Source: a virus (taxonomy: Duplodnaviria > Caudoviricetes). From it: a stretch of 55,390 bases of DNA. The notes beneath the pieces are model-generated. The model did not search any database and was not told where the DNA came from. It saw nothing but the letters and a program-made list of their open reading frames with translations. Location of the stretch: positions 1 to 55,390 of the IMG/VR virus record IMGVR_UViG_3300030329_001437, one strand, 5' to 3'. The position numbers and the translations under genes are program-made. Below, one piece after another: positions 1-8,775 of this stretch (position 1 is the first letter of the stretch; each line of letters opens with the position of its first letter).

Positions 1-2223
1 GCGAACACCACATCAAATTACAACACGGCAATCGGCAGGGACGCTTTAAAAGAAAACACTACAGGAGCTTCAAACACAGCGGTTGGAGCTTTGACGCTAG
101 ATGCTAATACAACTGGAACTCAAGGAACGGCGATTGGATATGGTGTGTTAAGTGCTAATACAACTGGAAATTATAATACAGGTTTGGGGTATCTTGCTCT
201 CGTAGCTAACACCACAGCTTCAAATAACACTTCGGTTGGATTTGCCAGCATGCAATCCAACACCACAGGCGCAAACAATGTTGCCGTTGGTTATGCCGCA
301 CTTGATGCGAACACCACCGCAGACGGTAATGTTGCCGTAGGGTATGAGTCTTTAGGGGCCAACACTACAGGTGCAAAAAATGTTGCAGTCGGGTATCAGG
401 CTGGGCTGGCTATTACCACTGGCTCCGAACATACCCATATTGGATATCAAGCTGGCAAATCAATAACCACAGCAGATTCATCTACTATAATTGGTTATGC
501 GGCTGGGTCTAGCTTAACTACTGGAGCCGATAATACTTTTATTGGAGAAGAGGCAGGGTTTTATGTCACTACAGGGGACGACAACACTTACGTCGGTGCT
601 AACGCAGGGCCAAACGGTTCTACCTCTACAGGAGGCAATAATACTGGTGTGGGGGCTGGTGCTTTAGGGGCTAACACCACTGGTTCATACAACGCAGCCG
701 TTGGAGATGCGGCTTTAGACGCTAACACCACGGGGCAATACAACACTGCGCTTGGTCATGGCGCTTTAACCGCAGCCACTACAGTAAATAGCAATACCGC
801 TGTGGGAACGTCTGCTTTGGGAGCTAATAGTACAGGGACATCGAATACGGCGGTTGGTGCTTTTGCAGGAGACGCTAACACTACCGGAAGCTACAACACT
901 GCGCTGGGACAGGCAGCTATGGGCGCTAACACCACAGGTGGATACAACACCGCAGTTGGAGCTAGCGCATTAGACGCAAATACCACCTCATCAAACAACG
1001 TGGCGTTGGGATATGATGCTTTAGGGGCCAACACCACAGGTGATGGAAATACAGCGGTGGGAACGGTGGCTTTGACTTCTAACACTACAGGCGCTAACAA
1101 CACCGTTGTAGGTTATGGGGCTGCTGACGCACTAACCACTGGAGATGAAAATGTAGCGTTAGGTTATCTTGCTTTAACAGATGCTACAACTTCAGATCAG
1201 AACACAGCGATTGGAGGGGGTGCGCTCGCAAACGTAACAACAGGAAGTTATAACACTGCGGTTGGTCGAAGAGCTTTATTTACGATAACTACAGCGGGTT
1301 CACTAACTGCGGTTGGCGTAAAGGCATTGTATTTAAACACCACTGGTGGGGACAATAACGCTCTTGGGCTTGAAGCATTACAAGCTAATACCACTGGAAA
1401 CGATAATAATGCGTTCGGTAGTTTAGCATTGACATCCAACACTACTGGATCTGGCAATACTGCCATGGGCCATGTTGCTCTTGATGCTAACACGACCGCA
1501 GATAATAACTCTGCTTTCGGAAGAAATGCATTAACAAACTGTACAACTGGGCATTCTAACACCGCTGTAGGAATGAATGCTGCGAAGGATTTAACAACAG
1601 GGATTTATAACACTGCTCTGGGGGGATCTGCGGCTAATGCCATTACTACTGGGACTAGAAACACTGTTCTAGGTTCTGCTTCGGCGGCTGTTTTAACAAC
1701 TGGAAATTACAACACAATTGTTGGGTTTGCTAATGAAGTTAGCGCATCTGGGGCTGAGCATCAAAAGGTTTTGGGCTATGGGGTTACGGGTTCTGACAAT
1801 ACAACAAGGTTCGGTAACGGGAGCACGGACAGCCAAATTGCAGATGGCGGTACTTCGGTTACAGCGCCTTCAGATGTTCGATTAAAAGAAGATATTCAGA
1901 ATGAAGAAATAGGTCTTAATTTCATCAATGAGCTTAGGCCTGTTACTTATCTTTGGAGAAAAGCAAAAGATGTGCCTTCAGAAATGAAAGCGCACGACCC
2001 TGATTCTGAAGAACGAGTAATGAACGGTAAGCATAACCACGGTTTTATTGCTCAAGAAGTCAAAGAGGTTATGGATAAATACGATTTTAAAGAAGGTTTT
2101 GAGCTTTGGTCAGAAGATGATACCGATGGTCGCCAGCGTATTGGCGAAAGTGCGTTAATACCAATGCTTGTAAAAGCAATTCAAGAACTTTCGGCTGAAG
2201 TCGAAAAACTTAAAGGAGACTAG
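1..2223 (+). CDS. Tail fibre/spike with ~14-aa repeats and C-terminal Peptidase_S74-type intramolecular chaperone; 5'-truncated
   Basis: Frame is open from base 1, so the TTG at 91 is not the true start. Many NTTGxxNTAVGxxAL repeats. C-terminal SDVRLKEDI...GLNFINELRPVTY...GFIAQEV...LVKAIQEL chaperone signature. Confidence 0.9.
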   Translation, partial: ANTTSNYNTAIGRDALKENTTGASNTAVGALTLDANTTGTQGTAIGYGVLSANTTGNYNTGLGYLALVANTTASNNTSVGFASMQSNTTGANNVAVGYAALDANTTADGNVAVGYESLGANTTGAKNVAVGYQAGLAITTGSEHTHIGYQAGKSITTADSSTIIGYAAGSSLTTGADNTFIGEEAGFYVTTGDDNTYVGANAGPNGSTSTGGNNTGVGAGALGANTTGSYNAAVGDAALDANTTGQYNTALGHGALTAATTVNSNTAVGTSALGANSTGTSNTAVGAFAGDANTTGSYNTALGQAAMGANTTGGYNTAVGASALDANTTSSNNVALGYDALGANTTGDGNTAVGTVALTSNTTGANNTVVGYGAADALTTGDENVALGYLALTDATTSDQNTAIGGGALANVTTGSYNTAVGRRALFTITTAGSLTAVGVKALYLNTTGGDNNALGLEALQANTTGNDNNAFGSLALTSNTTGSGNTAMGHVALDANTTADNNSAFGRNALTNCTTGHSNTAVGMNAAKDLTTGIYNTALGGSAANAITTGTRNTVLGSASAAVLTTGNYNTIVGFANEVSASGAEHQKVLGYGVTGSDNTTRFGNGSTDSQIADGGTSVTAPSDVRLKEDIQNEEIGLNFINELRPVTYLWRKAKDVPSEMKAHDPDSEERVMNGKHNHGFIAQEVKEVMDKYDFKEGFELWSEDDTDGRQRIGESALIPMLVKAIQELSAEVEKLKGD

Positions 2224-2225
2224 AA

Positions 2226-2567
2226 ATGGCTATTAAGAAAACATTAATAGAGGCTAAACCATACAATGATGGCGGCAAGGTTGTTCGTTGGGATCTTGTA
2301 ATGAAATACGAGCAAGGCACTGAAGGTAAAGATGATTACTATACTAATGACAAACAAATTACCATCGAAGCGTCAGAAAAAGATTCGGAAGGAAAAGATG
2401 TTAGTAATTTTACTTCAAAAGCTGAAGGTGAGTGGACTAAGAAAGAGCTTGAAGATCTTTGCCCAACCGCTAAGTGGGATGAAATATTTGCAAGTCAGTA
2501 TGACTCGGTAATTACGAATCCATCGACTGATCCTGTGCCTAACAACGAGTTTTCAATACCTAGCTAA
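2226..2567 (+). CDS. Hypothetical tail fibre-associated protein
   Basis: 113-aa ORF with AAGGAG RBS directly after the fibre gene; role inferred from position only. Confidence 0.6.
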   Translation: MAIKKTLIEAKPYNDGGKVVRWDLVMKYEQGTEGKDDYYTNDKQITIEASEKDSEGKDVSNFTSKAEGEWTKKELEDLCPTAKWDEIFASQYDSVITNPSTDPVPNNEFSIPS

Positions 2568-3271
2568 TGGAGCCGCAACACTTTACATTTCATACGCTGC
2601 CAGCGGTGTTTATGCTGGAGGCACAGCTATCTGAAAATATGGTAGATGCGCTTAACGACTACCTAGATAAGTTGATGGTTGATGAGAAACGTAAAAGTCA
2701 TGCGGGTACGTTGGTAGGGCAGATAGCTCATGGTCAGCAATTAACTATGGATCATCATTGTGAAGAACTAAAAGACTTTAACTGGACGATTCAGGGTTTA
2801 GCAATGGATTACGTTAAGCAGTTCTGCGCTCAGTCTGGCAACCCATTAAAAGGCAAAAGAGAAGTATTAACCGATGAGTTGTGGTCGGTGCATAGTTATC
2901 AGGGAGATTATAACCCGATCCACGATCATGGGACTAAGACCATTATGGGAGTTTCCTGTACGACATGGACAAAAGTACCTCAACAAATCCTAGATCAGCC
3001 CACAGCGGGAAGCTCTGAGTACAGCTTATATAACTCCTCTGGTAATGCAGATGGTTGCCTAGCGTTTAGCTATGGCCGTAATAGTTTATTAGATACAGAG
3101 CGTCTAGCTCCTCCACAAAGTTTTGTCATAAAGCCAGAAGTCGGAAAGTTCTTGATGTTTCCTAGTTGGCTGACACATATGGTTTACCCTTTTGAGGGTG
3201 AAGGAGAACGGCGCACAGTCGCTGCAAATTTAAATGTTTGGAAGGTTGAAGAAGATGGAACAAGGCACTGA
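2567..3271 (+). CDS. 2OG-Fe(II) oxygenase-like protein
   Basis: HDH metal motif (YNPIHDH), FPSWLTHMVYP and RRTVAAN (distal His and 2OG-binding Arg). Confidence 0.85.
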   Translation: MEPQHFTFHTLPAVFMLEAQLSENMVDALNDYLDKLMVDEKRKSHAGTLVGQIAHGQQLTMDHHCEELKDFNWTIQGLAMDYVKQFCAQSGNPLKGKREVLTDELWSVHSYQGDYNPIHDHGTKTIMGVSCTTWTKVPQQILDQPTAGSSEYSLYNSSGNADGCLAFSYGRNSLLDTERLAPPQSFVIKPEVGKFLMFPSWLTHMVYPFEGEGERRTVAANLNVWKVEEDGTRH

Positions 3272-3473
3272 AGCAGAAGTTATAGAGGAAACTGAGGTTG
3301 TTGAGCTTCCTCCTAATCCTGAGATGCTAACTACTAGAATGGACGAGCTAAGAGAACAGATTGCTCAAATAACTCAGGTTATTAACTCTAATCAAAAGCA
3401 ACTCGATACACACATGGCAGCGTTTAACTGGTATGCGCAACAACTAGAAGCGGTTACTCCGGAGCAAGAATAA
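3255..3473 (+). CDS. Hypothetical acidic coiled-coil protein
   Basis: ORF 3234..3473; ATG at 3255 (MEQGTE) is the more likely start. Confidence 0.6.
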   Translation: MEQGTEAEVIEETEVVELPPNPEMLTTRMDELREQIAQITQVINSNQKQLDTHMAAFNWYAQQLEAVTPEQE

Positions 3474-3676
3474 TGGATTTTGTTCTTAATATAATATCTG
3501 TAGTAACGGGTATTGTGTGTGCGGCATCGATTATATGCAGCCTTACTCCCACACCTAAAGATGATGCGTTGATTGGACGTCTATATAAGATCGTTGAGAT
3601 CGCAGCGTTAAACATTGGTAAGGCAAAGGAAGGAGCCACAGCCAACCCAATCAAATTTGTAAAGAGGTCAGACTAA
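3473..3676 (+). CDS. Small membrane protein, holin-like
   Basis: N-terminal TM helix followed by TPTPKDD; located in the lysis cluster. Confidence 0.55.
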   Translation: MDFVLNIISVVTGIVCAASIICSLTPTPKDDALIGRLYKIVEIAALNIGKAKEGATANPIKFVKRSD

Positions 3677-3882
3677 TGGCTGCTAGAAAAGCCCAATCTA
3701 AAGTTTCAGATTCTCAGACGTTGAACGAGCTAAAAACGCATCAAAAAGAATGCACTTTAAGATACGAAAGGATAGAAGAAAGACTGAATGAAGGTTCTGA
3801 AAAGTTTAAAAAACTAGAAATGATGATTTGGGGAATGTATCCATTTATAGTCGCTACCATAGTTGTAGCTAAACTTCTATGA
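3676..3882 (+). CDS. Small coiled-coil protein with C-terminal TM helix
   Basis: Charged N-terminal helix and hydrophobic tail MIWGMYPFIVATIVVAKLL. Confidence 0.6.
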   Translation: MAARKAQSKVSDSQTLNELKTHQKECTLRYERIEERLNEGSEKFKKLEMMIWGMYPFIVATIVVAKLL

Positions 3883-3885
3883 CAA

Positions 3886-4113
3886 ATGAAAGGCACCATA
3901 CTAGCCTTTATGCTAATTACGGTTATTGAAGGAAACGTAACTCAAGGCTCAGAGCAAATGTTGTTTAGAGATATACATCGCTGTCAACAGTTCGCTTATT
4001 GGATAGAACATAATTGCAGAGATGTTCGTTGTAGAGGCGGTATTAAACAACACAACATAACGGCTTACTGCAAACCTGTAATGGCTGGAGCAAACCAAAA
4101 ATTTTGGGACTAG
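3886..4113 (+). CDS. Small Cys-containing protein, possibly exported
   Basis: Hydrophobic N-terminus and 4 Cys. Confidence 0.5.
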   Translation: MKGTILAFMLITVIEGNVTQGSEQMLFRDIHRCQQFAYWIEHNCRDVRCRGGIKQHNITAYCKPVMAGANQKFWD

Positions 4114-4115
4114 AT

Positions 4116-4436
4116 ATGGACCAGAAAAAACTACAAAAAAACTCTGTCTGGGAAAAATATGACATAGATAACGATGGGACTGTTACTGACGAAGAGCTAG
4201 AGCGTGCTACGCAAATGCTTGAGCTAGATCTAAGAGAAGAGAAACAAGATTCTCAAAGAAGAATAGCATGGGTAGCGATGTCTTCTATGGTGTTATATTC
4301 TCTATTACCTTTAATGCCTTTTGTCCCAGAAGATAGACTATCTACTCTTTCAGCTTTATCTGATATGTTATTTCTTTCTCAAGCTTCAATAATAGGTTTG
4401 TATTTCGGAGCTACCGCTTACATGGCGAAGAAATAA
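4116..4436 (+). CDS. Holin-like 2-TM protein with EF-hand-like loop
   Basis: DIDNDGTVTDEE loop, two hydrophobic helices ending IIGLYFG; directly upstream of the spanins. Confidence 0.6.
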   Translation: MDQKKLQKNSVWEKYDIDNDGTVTDEELERATQMLELDLREEKQDSQRRIAWVAMSSMVLYSLLPLMPFVPEDRLSTLSALSDMLFLSQASIIGLYFGATAYMAKK

Positions 4437-4437
4437 A

Positions 4438-4842
4438 ATGGGATTTAAACTTAGCATAGGATTAGGACTCGCTTTAGTGATTTTGTCAGGCGCATTTAAA
4501 CTGTACTACGATAAATCGCAAGCGGAACTTGAATCTTTTCACATACAGCTAGAACGTGCTTTGCAAAACGAAAAGATCCTGGAAGGAACAATACAACAAC
4601 AAAATGAAAACTTAAAACAGACAGTTGAAAGACACGAGCTAATGCTTGCAAGAGTAGATACGTTAACTGAAGAAAATCAAAAAGCACAGGAAGAGGTTAA
4701 CAGTATTAGAGAGAAATTTGCTAAACATGACCTCACTGTTCTGTCGCTTAAAAAACCTAAGTTGATTGAAAAAATCATCAATAAAGGAACTAAGGATGTG
4801 TTAAATGAGTTGGAAAGTATTACTACTGTGTCTAATTCTTAA
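4438..4842 (+). CDS. Inner-membrane spanin (Rz-like)
   Basis: N-terminal TM plus long coiled coil; overlaps a lipoprotein gene. Confidence 0.7.
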   Translation: MGFKLSIGLGLALVILSGAFKLYYDKSQAELESFHIQLERALQNEKILEGTIQQQNENLKQTVERHELMLARVDTLTEENQKAQEEVNSIREKFAKHDLTVLSLKKPKLIEKIINKGTKDVLNELESITTVSNS

Positions 4843-5191
4843 CGGTTGTTCAGTACTTGACCGTAAACCGTCTTTACCCGAAACTAAACAAGTAGAGGTG
4901 GTTACGGTTGTAGAGCCTGCACCACAGTATCACCCCCCGCTTCCGAATAAAGTTAATACGCTTCCTGTTGAATGGACTGTTTTAACACCTGCAACAATGG
5001 AAGAGTATTTAATTGATTTACACGAAGGGAATGCTCCTACTAACGCATTTTACGGGCTTTCTACAAAAGGATATGAAAACCTTTCGCACAACATGGCTGA
5101 AATTAAGAGATACATTAGACAGGTTTTATCTATAATTGACTATTACAAAGAATCCGATAACAAGGAGGAAGTCAGTGAACGAATTGATTGA
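4805..5191 (+). CDS. Outer-membrane spanin lipoprotein (Rz1-like)
   Basis: Lipobox LILNGC followed by a Pro-rich segment; overlaps the i-spanin 3' end. Confidence 0.75.
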   Translation: MSWKVLLLCLILNGCSVLDRKPSLPETKQVEVVTVVEPAPQYHPPLPNKVNTLPVEWTVLTPATMEEYLIDLHEGNAPTNAFYGLSTKGYENLSHNMAEIKRYIRQVLSIIDYYKESDNKEEVSERID

Positions 5192-5594
5192 AATGCTAAG
5201 AAGACACGAAGGCGTCCGAGATAAAGTTTATTTGTGTAGCGCAGGTTACGAAACGATAGGTGTAGGCCGTAATATAAGTGAAGATGGGCTAGGACTTTCT
5301 AAGGATGAAATTGACTTTCTTCTAAATAACGATATTAAAAGAGTTCGAGAAGAGCTTACAGAAGAATACTACTGGTTTGCAGGATTAAATGAAGCTAGAC
5401 AAGACGCTATGATAGACCTTAGTTTCAATCTTGGCCAAACAAGATTAAGAGGTTTTGTAAAGGCTTTAGAAGCAATGTCTCGTGAAGAATTCGAAAACGC
5501 TGCTGATGAGTTTATGGACAGCAGATGGAGCGAACAGGTTGGAGATCGTGCTGTAGAAGTTACAGAAATTATACGAACAGGAGAGTACCAGTAA
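5175..5594 (+). CDS. Endolysin, GH24 lysozyme family
   Basis: HEGVRDKVYLCSAGYETIGVGRN (E-x8-C-x5-T), FNLG and SRWxxQV motifs; GTG start after AAGGAGG. Confidence 0.9.
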   Translation: MNELIEMLRRHEGVRDKVYLCSAGYETIGVGRNISEDGLGLSKDEIDFLLNNDIKRVREELTEEYYWFAGLNEARQDAMIDLSFNLGQTRLRGFVKALEAMSREEFENAADEFMDSRWSEQVGDRAVEVTEIIRTGEYQ

Positions 5595-7477
5595 TGCCTC
5601 TTCAGAAGTTTATTTTTAATCCTGGAATAAATAAAGAAGGAACAGCCTACACTGCTGAAAACGGATGGTTTGACGGTAACTTAGTTCGGTTTAGAAAAGG
5701 ATTTCCAGAAAAGATAGGGGGCTGGGCTAAAAACTCTCTTAATACCTATCAAGGAACTGGGCGTAAACTTCACGCTTGGGTTAATCTTCAAGGCACAAGA
5801 TTCTTAGGTATTGGAACTCGTCTAAAACTGTATATCCAAGAGGGAGATGCTTTTTACGACGTGACTCCTTTGCGTTTAACTACGAGCGCAGGAGATGTTA
5901 CTTTTTCAGCCAGTAATGGTTCTTCTACTATTACAGCAACAGATACGAACCATGGAGCAGTAGCAGGGGATTTTGTTACGTTTAGCGGAGCTGCTACGTT
6001 AGGCGGTTTAGTTACAGCGGCTGTTCTTAATCAAGAGTATGAGATAGCTACTGTAACCAGTGCTAACGCATATACGTTTACTGCGAAAGATACTTCAGGA
6101 ACCACGGTTACTGCTAATGCTAGTGATAGTGGTAACGGAGGTAGTAGCGTAGTTGGAGCTTATCAAATTAATATTGGACTAGATACTTTCGTATCTGGTT
6201 CTGGATACGGTTCTGGTACTTGGGGTAGTGGTACGTTCGGCTCTGTTAGCGCACTAAGTGCTTCTAGTCAGCTAAGGTTGTGGTCGATTGATAATTTTGG
6301 TGAAGATATGGTTTCTTGCGTAAGAGCAGGAGGTATTTTTCTCTGGGATAATTCAGACACCGTTTCAGTTAGAGCAAAAGCCTTAGAAGATGTAGCAAAC
6401 GCTAACCTTCCTCCTACACTAGGTCTTCAGATTTTAGTTTCTGCGGTAGACCGTCATGTGTTAGTACTTGGCTCTGACCCAATCTCAGGCCCAACTCGTT
6501 CCAATGTTCTTGATCCGTTGTTAATCAGCTGGTGTGATCAAGAAAATATTTTAGAGTGGGAGCCGAAAAGTACGAATACTGCAGGAAACTTACGGCTTTC
6601 TTCAGGGTCACAAATTATAGGCGGGTTACGAGCTAGGCAGGAAACTCTGATATGGACAGATACCGCGCTATATAGTTTACAGTTTATAGGTGCACCGCTC
6701 ACTTTTGGCGTTAATCTAGTTAACGAAGGTGTGGGGTTAATTGGCCCGAATGCAGCAGTCAACTCACCTTCAGGTGTTTTCTGGATGGATCGTAAAGGGT
6801 TCTACGTTTATAACGGATCTGTTCAACCTGTAGAGTGTAGTGTACATAGTTATGTGTTTGACGATATTAATGAATCTCAGAACTTCCAGTTTTTTGGGCT
6901 TCTTAATCGTCAATTTAATGAAGTAGGCTGGTTTTATAATTCTAGCGATTCTGACTTACCTGATAGATATGTGACGTACAACTACGTTGATAAAGTGTGG
7001 GCTATTGGTAAATTAGCTCGTACCGCGTGGCTTGATGAAGGAGTGGAGAATAATCCTAGAGCAGCAGGAGAAGCAAGCAGCAGTTATTATATTTATGATC
7101 ATGAATCTGGGAACGATGCAGATGGTTCTCCTATGACTGACGTTTATATAGAGTCTGCTGATTTCGACATTGGAGAAGGCGAAAACTTCCAGTTTGTTCG
7201 TCGCATGATTCCAGATGTAAGTTTTACGGGAACAGGGGGTTCTGGACAACAAATTAACACTGTGTTGAAAACTCGTAATTATCCTGGAGACTCCTTAGCT
7301 ACGGATAGTACAACAGCGTTTACAGCAACTACTACTAAAATAGATATGCGAGCACGTGCAAGACAAGCCGTAGTCCGTTTTGAATCAGATGACGATGCGG
7401 CTGAAGGCATACAACTAGGGGTGGGTTTTAGAGTTGGCGGCACTCGTTTAGATATTCGTCCTAACGGAAGAAGATGA
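5594..7477 (+). CDS. Tail/virion structural protein, beta-rich (nozzle or stabilisation type)
   Basis: Start ATG 5594 (MPLQKF). Beta-rich ~627 aa with NVRF-like and WSD-like motifs; precedes the internal virion genes. Confidence 0.7.
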   Translation: MPLQKFIFNPGINKEGTAYTAENGWFDGNLVRFRKGFPEKIGGWAKNSLNTYQGTGRKLHAWVNLQGTRFLGIGTRLKLYIQEGDAFYDVTPLRLTTSAGDVTFSASNGSSTITATDTNHGAVAGDFVTFSGAATLGGLVTAAVLNQEYEIATVTSANAYTFTAKDTSGTTVTANASDSGNGGSSVVGAYQINIGLDTFVSGSGYGSGTWGSGTFGSVSALSASSQLRLWSIDNFGEDMVSCVRAGGIFLWDNSDTVSVRAKALEDVANANLPPTLGLQILVSAVDRHVLVLGSDPISGPTRSNVLDPLLISWCDQENILEWEPKSTNTAGNLRLSSGSQIIGGLRARQETLIWTDTALYSLQFIGAPLTFGVNLVNEGVGLIGPNAAVNSPSGVFWMDRKGFYVYNGSVQPVECSVHSYVFDDINESQNFQFFGLLNRQFNEVGWFYNSSDSDLPDRYVTYNYVDKVWAIGKLARTAWLDEGVENNPRAAGEASSSYYIYDHESGNDADGSPMTDVYIESADFDIGEGENFQFVRRMIPDVSFTGTGGSGQQINTVLKTRNYPGDSLATDSTTAFTATTTKIDMRARARQAVVRFESDDDAAEGIQLGVGFRVGGTRLDIRPNGRR

Positions 7478-7803
7478 CTAAACTTTTACAGGGAAGATTA
7501 CCTATTGAGCTAGAGCCTACGGTTCGTAATGAGACGTTTAATAGAGCTGTTAGAGTTTTAGAATTAAGCCTAGAGAGGGTTGACCCAGATAAAACCCCTG
7601 TTTTTACAAGTGACGAAAGAGATGAGCTAAAATTCGAATCTGGGAGTATTATTTGGAATACAACTGAAAGTGTTCTTCAGGTATATTTAGGAGATTCGTG
7701 GCAGAATATTTCCACGCCCACCACCTCTGGACTTAGTGGTACAGCTAGTCTAGGGGAAATACAGGTGATTGCAAGCGGATCAATAGTTGTAGAGGTTGGG
7801 TAA
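7474..7803 (+). CDS. Hypothetical virion protein
   Basis: ATGA overlap with the previous gene; GSIIWNTT...LQVY.G..W motif resembles fibre modules. Confidence 0.55.
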   Translation: MTKLLQGRLPIELEPTVRNETFNRAVRVLELSLERVDPDKTPVFTSDERDELKFESGSIIWNTTESVLQVYLGDSWQNISTPTTSGLSGTASLGEIQVIASGSIVVEVG

Positions 7804-7806
7804 TTT

Positions 7807-8775
7807 ATGACGAGTATATTTAGCGACGAACAACGAGCATCTTTAATGGATTCAATGACTAACCCTGAGTCTAACGCTCGTAAGATGATTGAGCAAAACG
7901 CTGATATCGGTATGTCTCCCGATTTAACTACTGAAATTCTTAATAAGTACGCTACCTACGGAGCTAATACAGGTATTGGAAATATTGGTGGTGGTCCTCT
8001 TGTTGATGCTTTAAACGAACAGTATCGCACTGTTGTTGATAAGCCATTAAGAGCTTCAGTTGGATTGGCAGTACCACAACTTCCAACCATAGCTGAAACA
8101 TTAGATTTAGATAGATTAACAAGTTTAGAAGCTATACAAGAACTGTCAGGATTAGATGCAGCAGATCAATTACAGGTATTGGAAACTCTTGGAGTAGATT
8201 CAGTATCAGAATTAAGCGAGCAACCTGCAGCAGCTTCAGCTGACGCCCCTGAAGATTTCAACACTCCCCCTGTAACAGAAGGGAGAATAGGAATAGATGA
8301 GATGGGAACGGCTCAAGAAGACCAAGATATCGCTTCTCCTACTGATCTTTCAGAACTTGAAGTTGATTCCCGAATGGAAACATTTAAAAAGTTCCTAGAC
8401 GAAAACCCTCTTGTTGCTAAACAATTAGCAGAGTCAGCAGGAGCAGGAATAGGTATTGCAGTAAAAGAGATTGTAGGTCGAGATAAAACTCCCCCAGCAA
8501 TTAGAGCACCGCGACCAAGATTTCAAACTTCAAGAGTCAATGTCCCAACAATAGGAAAAAGTGATGGCGGTACAATCCTTAACCGTAAAATGTTTCTAGG
8601 GGGTGGTGAAATTGATGGTCCTGGAGGCGAGAAAGAAGACTTAGTTCCTATTTGGGCTAGTCCTAACGAATACGTTGTCTCAGCTGACGCTGTGAGACGA
8701 ATGGGAGGTGGCGATCTTCAACAGGGAATCGCGACTCTTGATAAAATAAATTTTGGTGACGAACAGTATGGCTGA
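7807..8775 (+). CDS. Putative internal virion protein
   Basis: Acidic and low complexity; C-terminal GGEIDGPGxxxxDxVP...EYVVSADAV motif as seen in tape-measure and ejection proteins. Confidence 0.6.
   Translation: MTSIFSDEQRASLMDSMTNPESNARKMIEQNADIGMSPDLTTEILNKYATYGANTGIGNIGGGPLVDALNEQYRTVVDKPLRASVGLAVPQLPTIAETLDLDRLTSLEAIQELSGLDAADQLQVLETLGVDSVSELSEQPAAASADAPEDFNTPPVTEGRIGIDEMGTAQEDQDIASPTDLSELEVDSRMETFKKFLDENPLVAKQLAESAGAGIGIAVKEIVGRDKTPPAIRAPRPRFQTSRVNVPTIGKSDGGTILNRKMFLGGGEIDGPGGEKEDLVPIWASPNEYVVSADAVRRMGGGDLQQGIATLDKINFGDEQYG

Noticed and set aside
891-1562. Minus-strand ORFs inside the tail fibre
   Set aside because: Antisense shadows of repetitive codons. The same applies to most short opposite-strand ORFs in the track.
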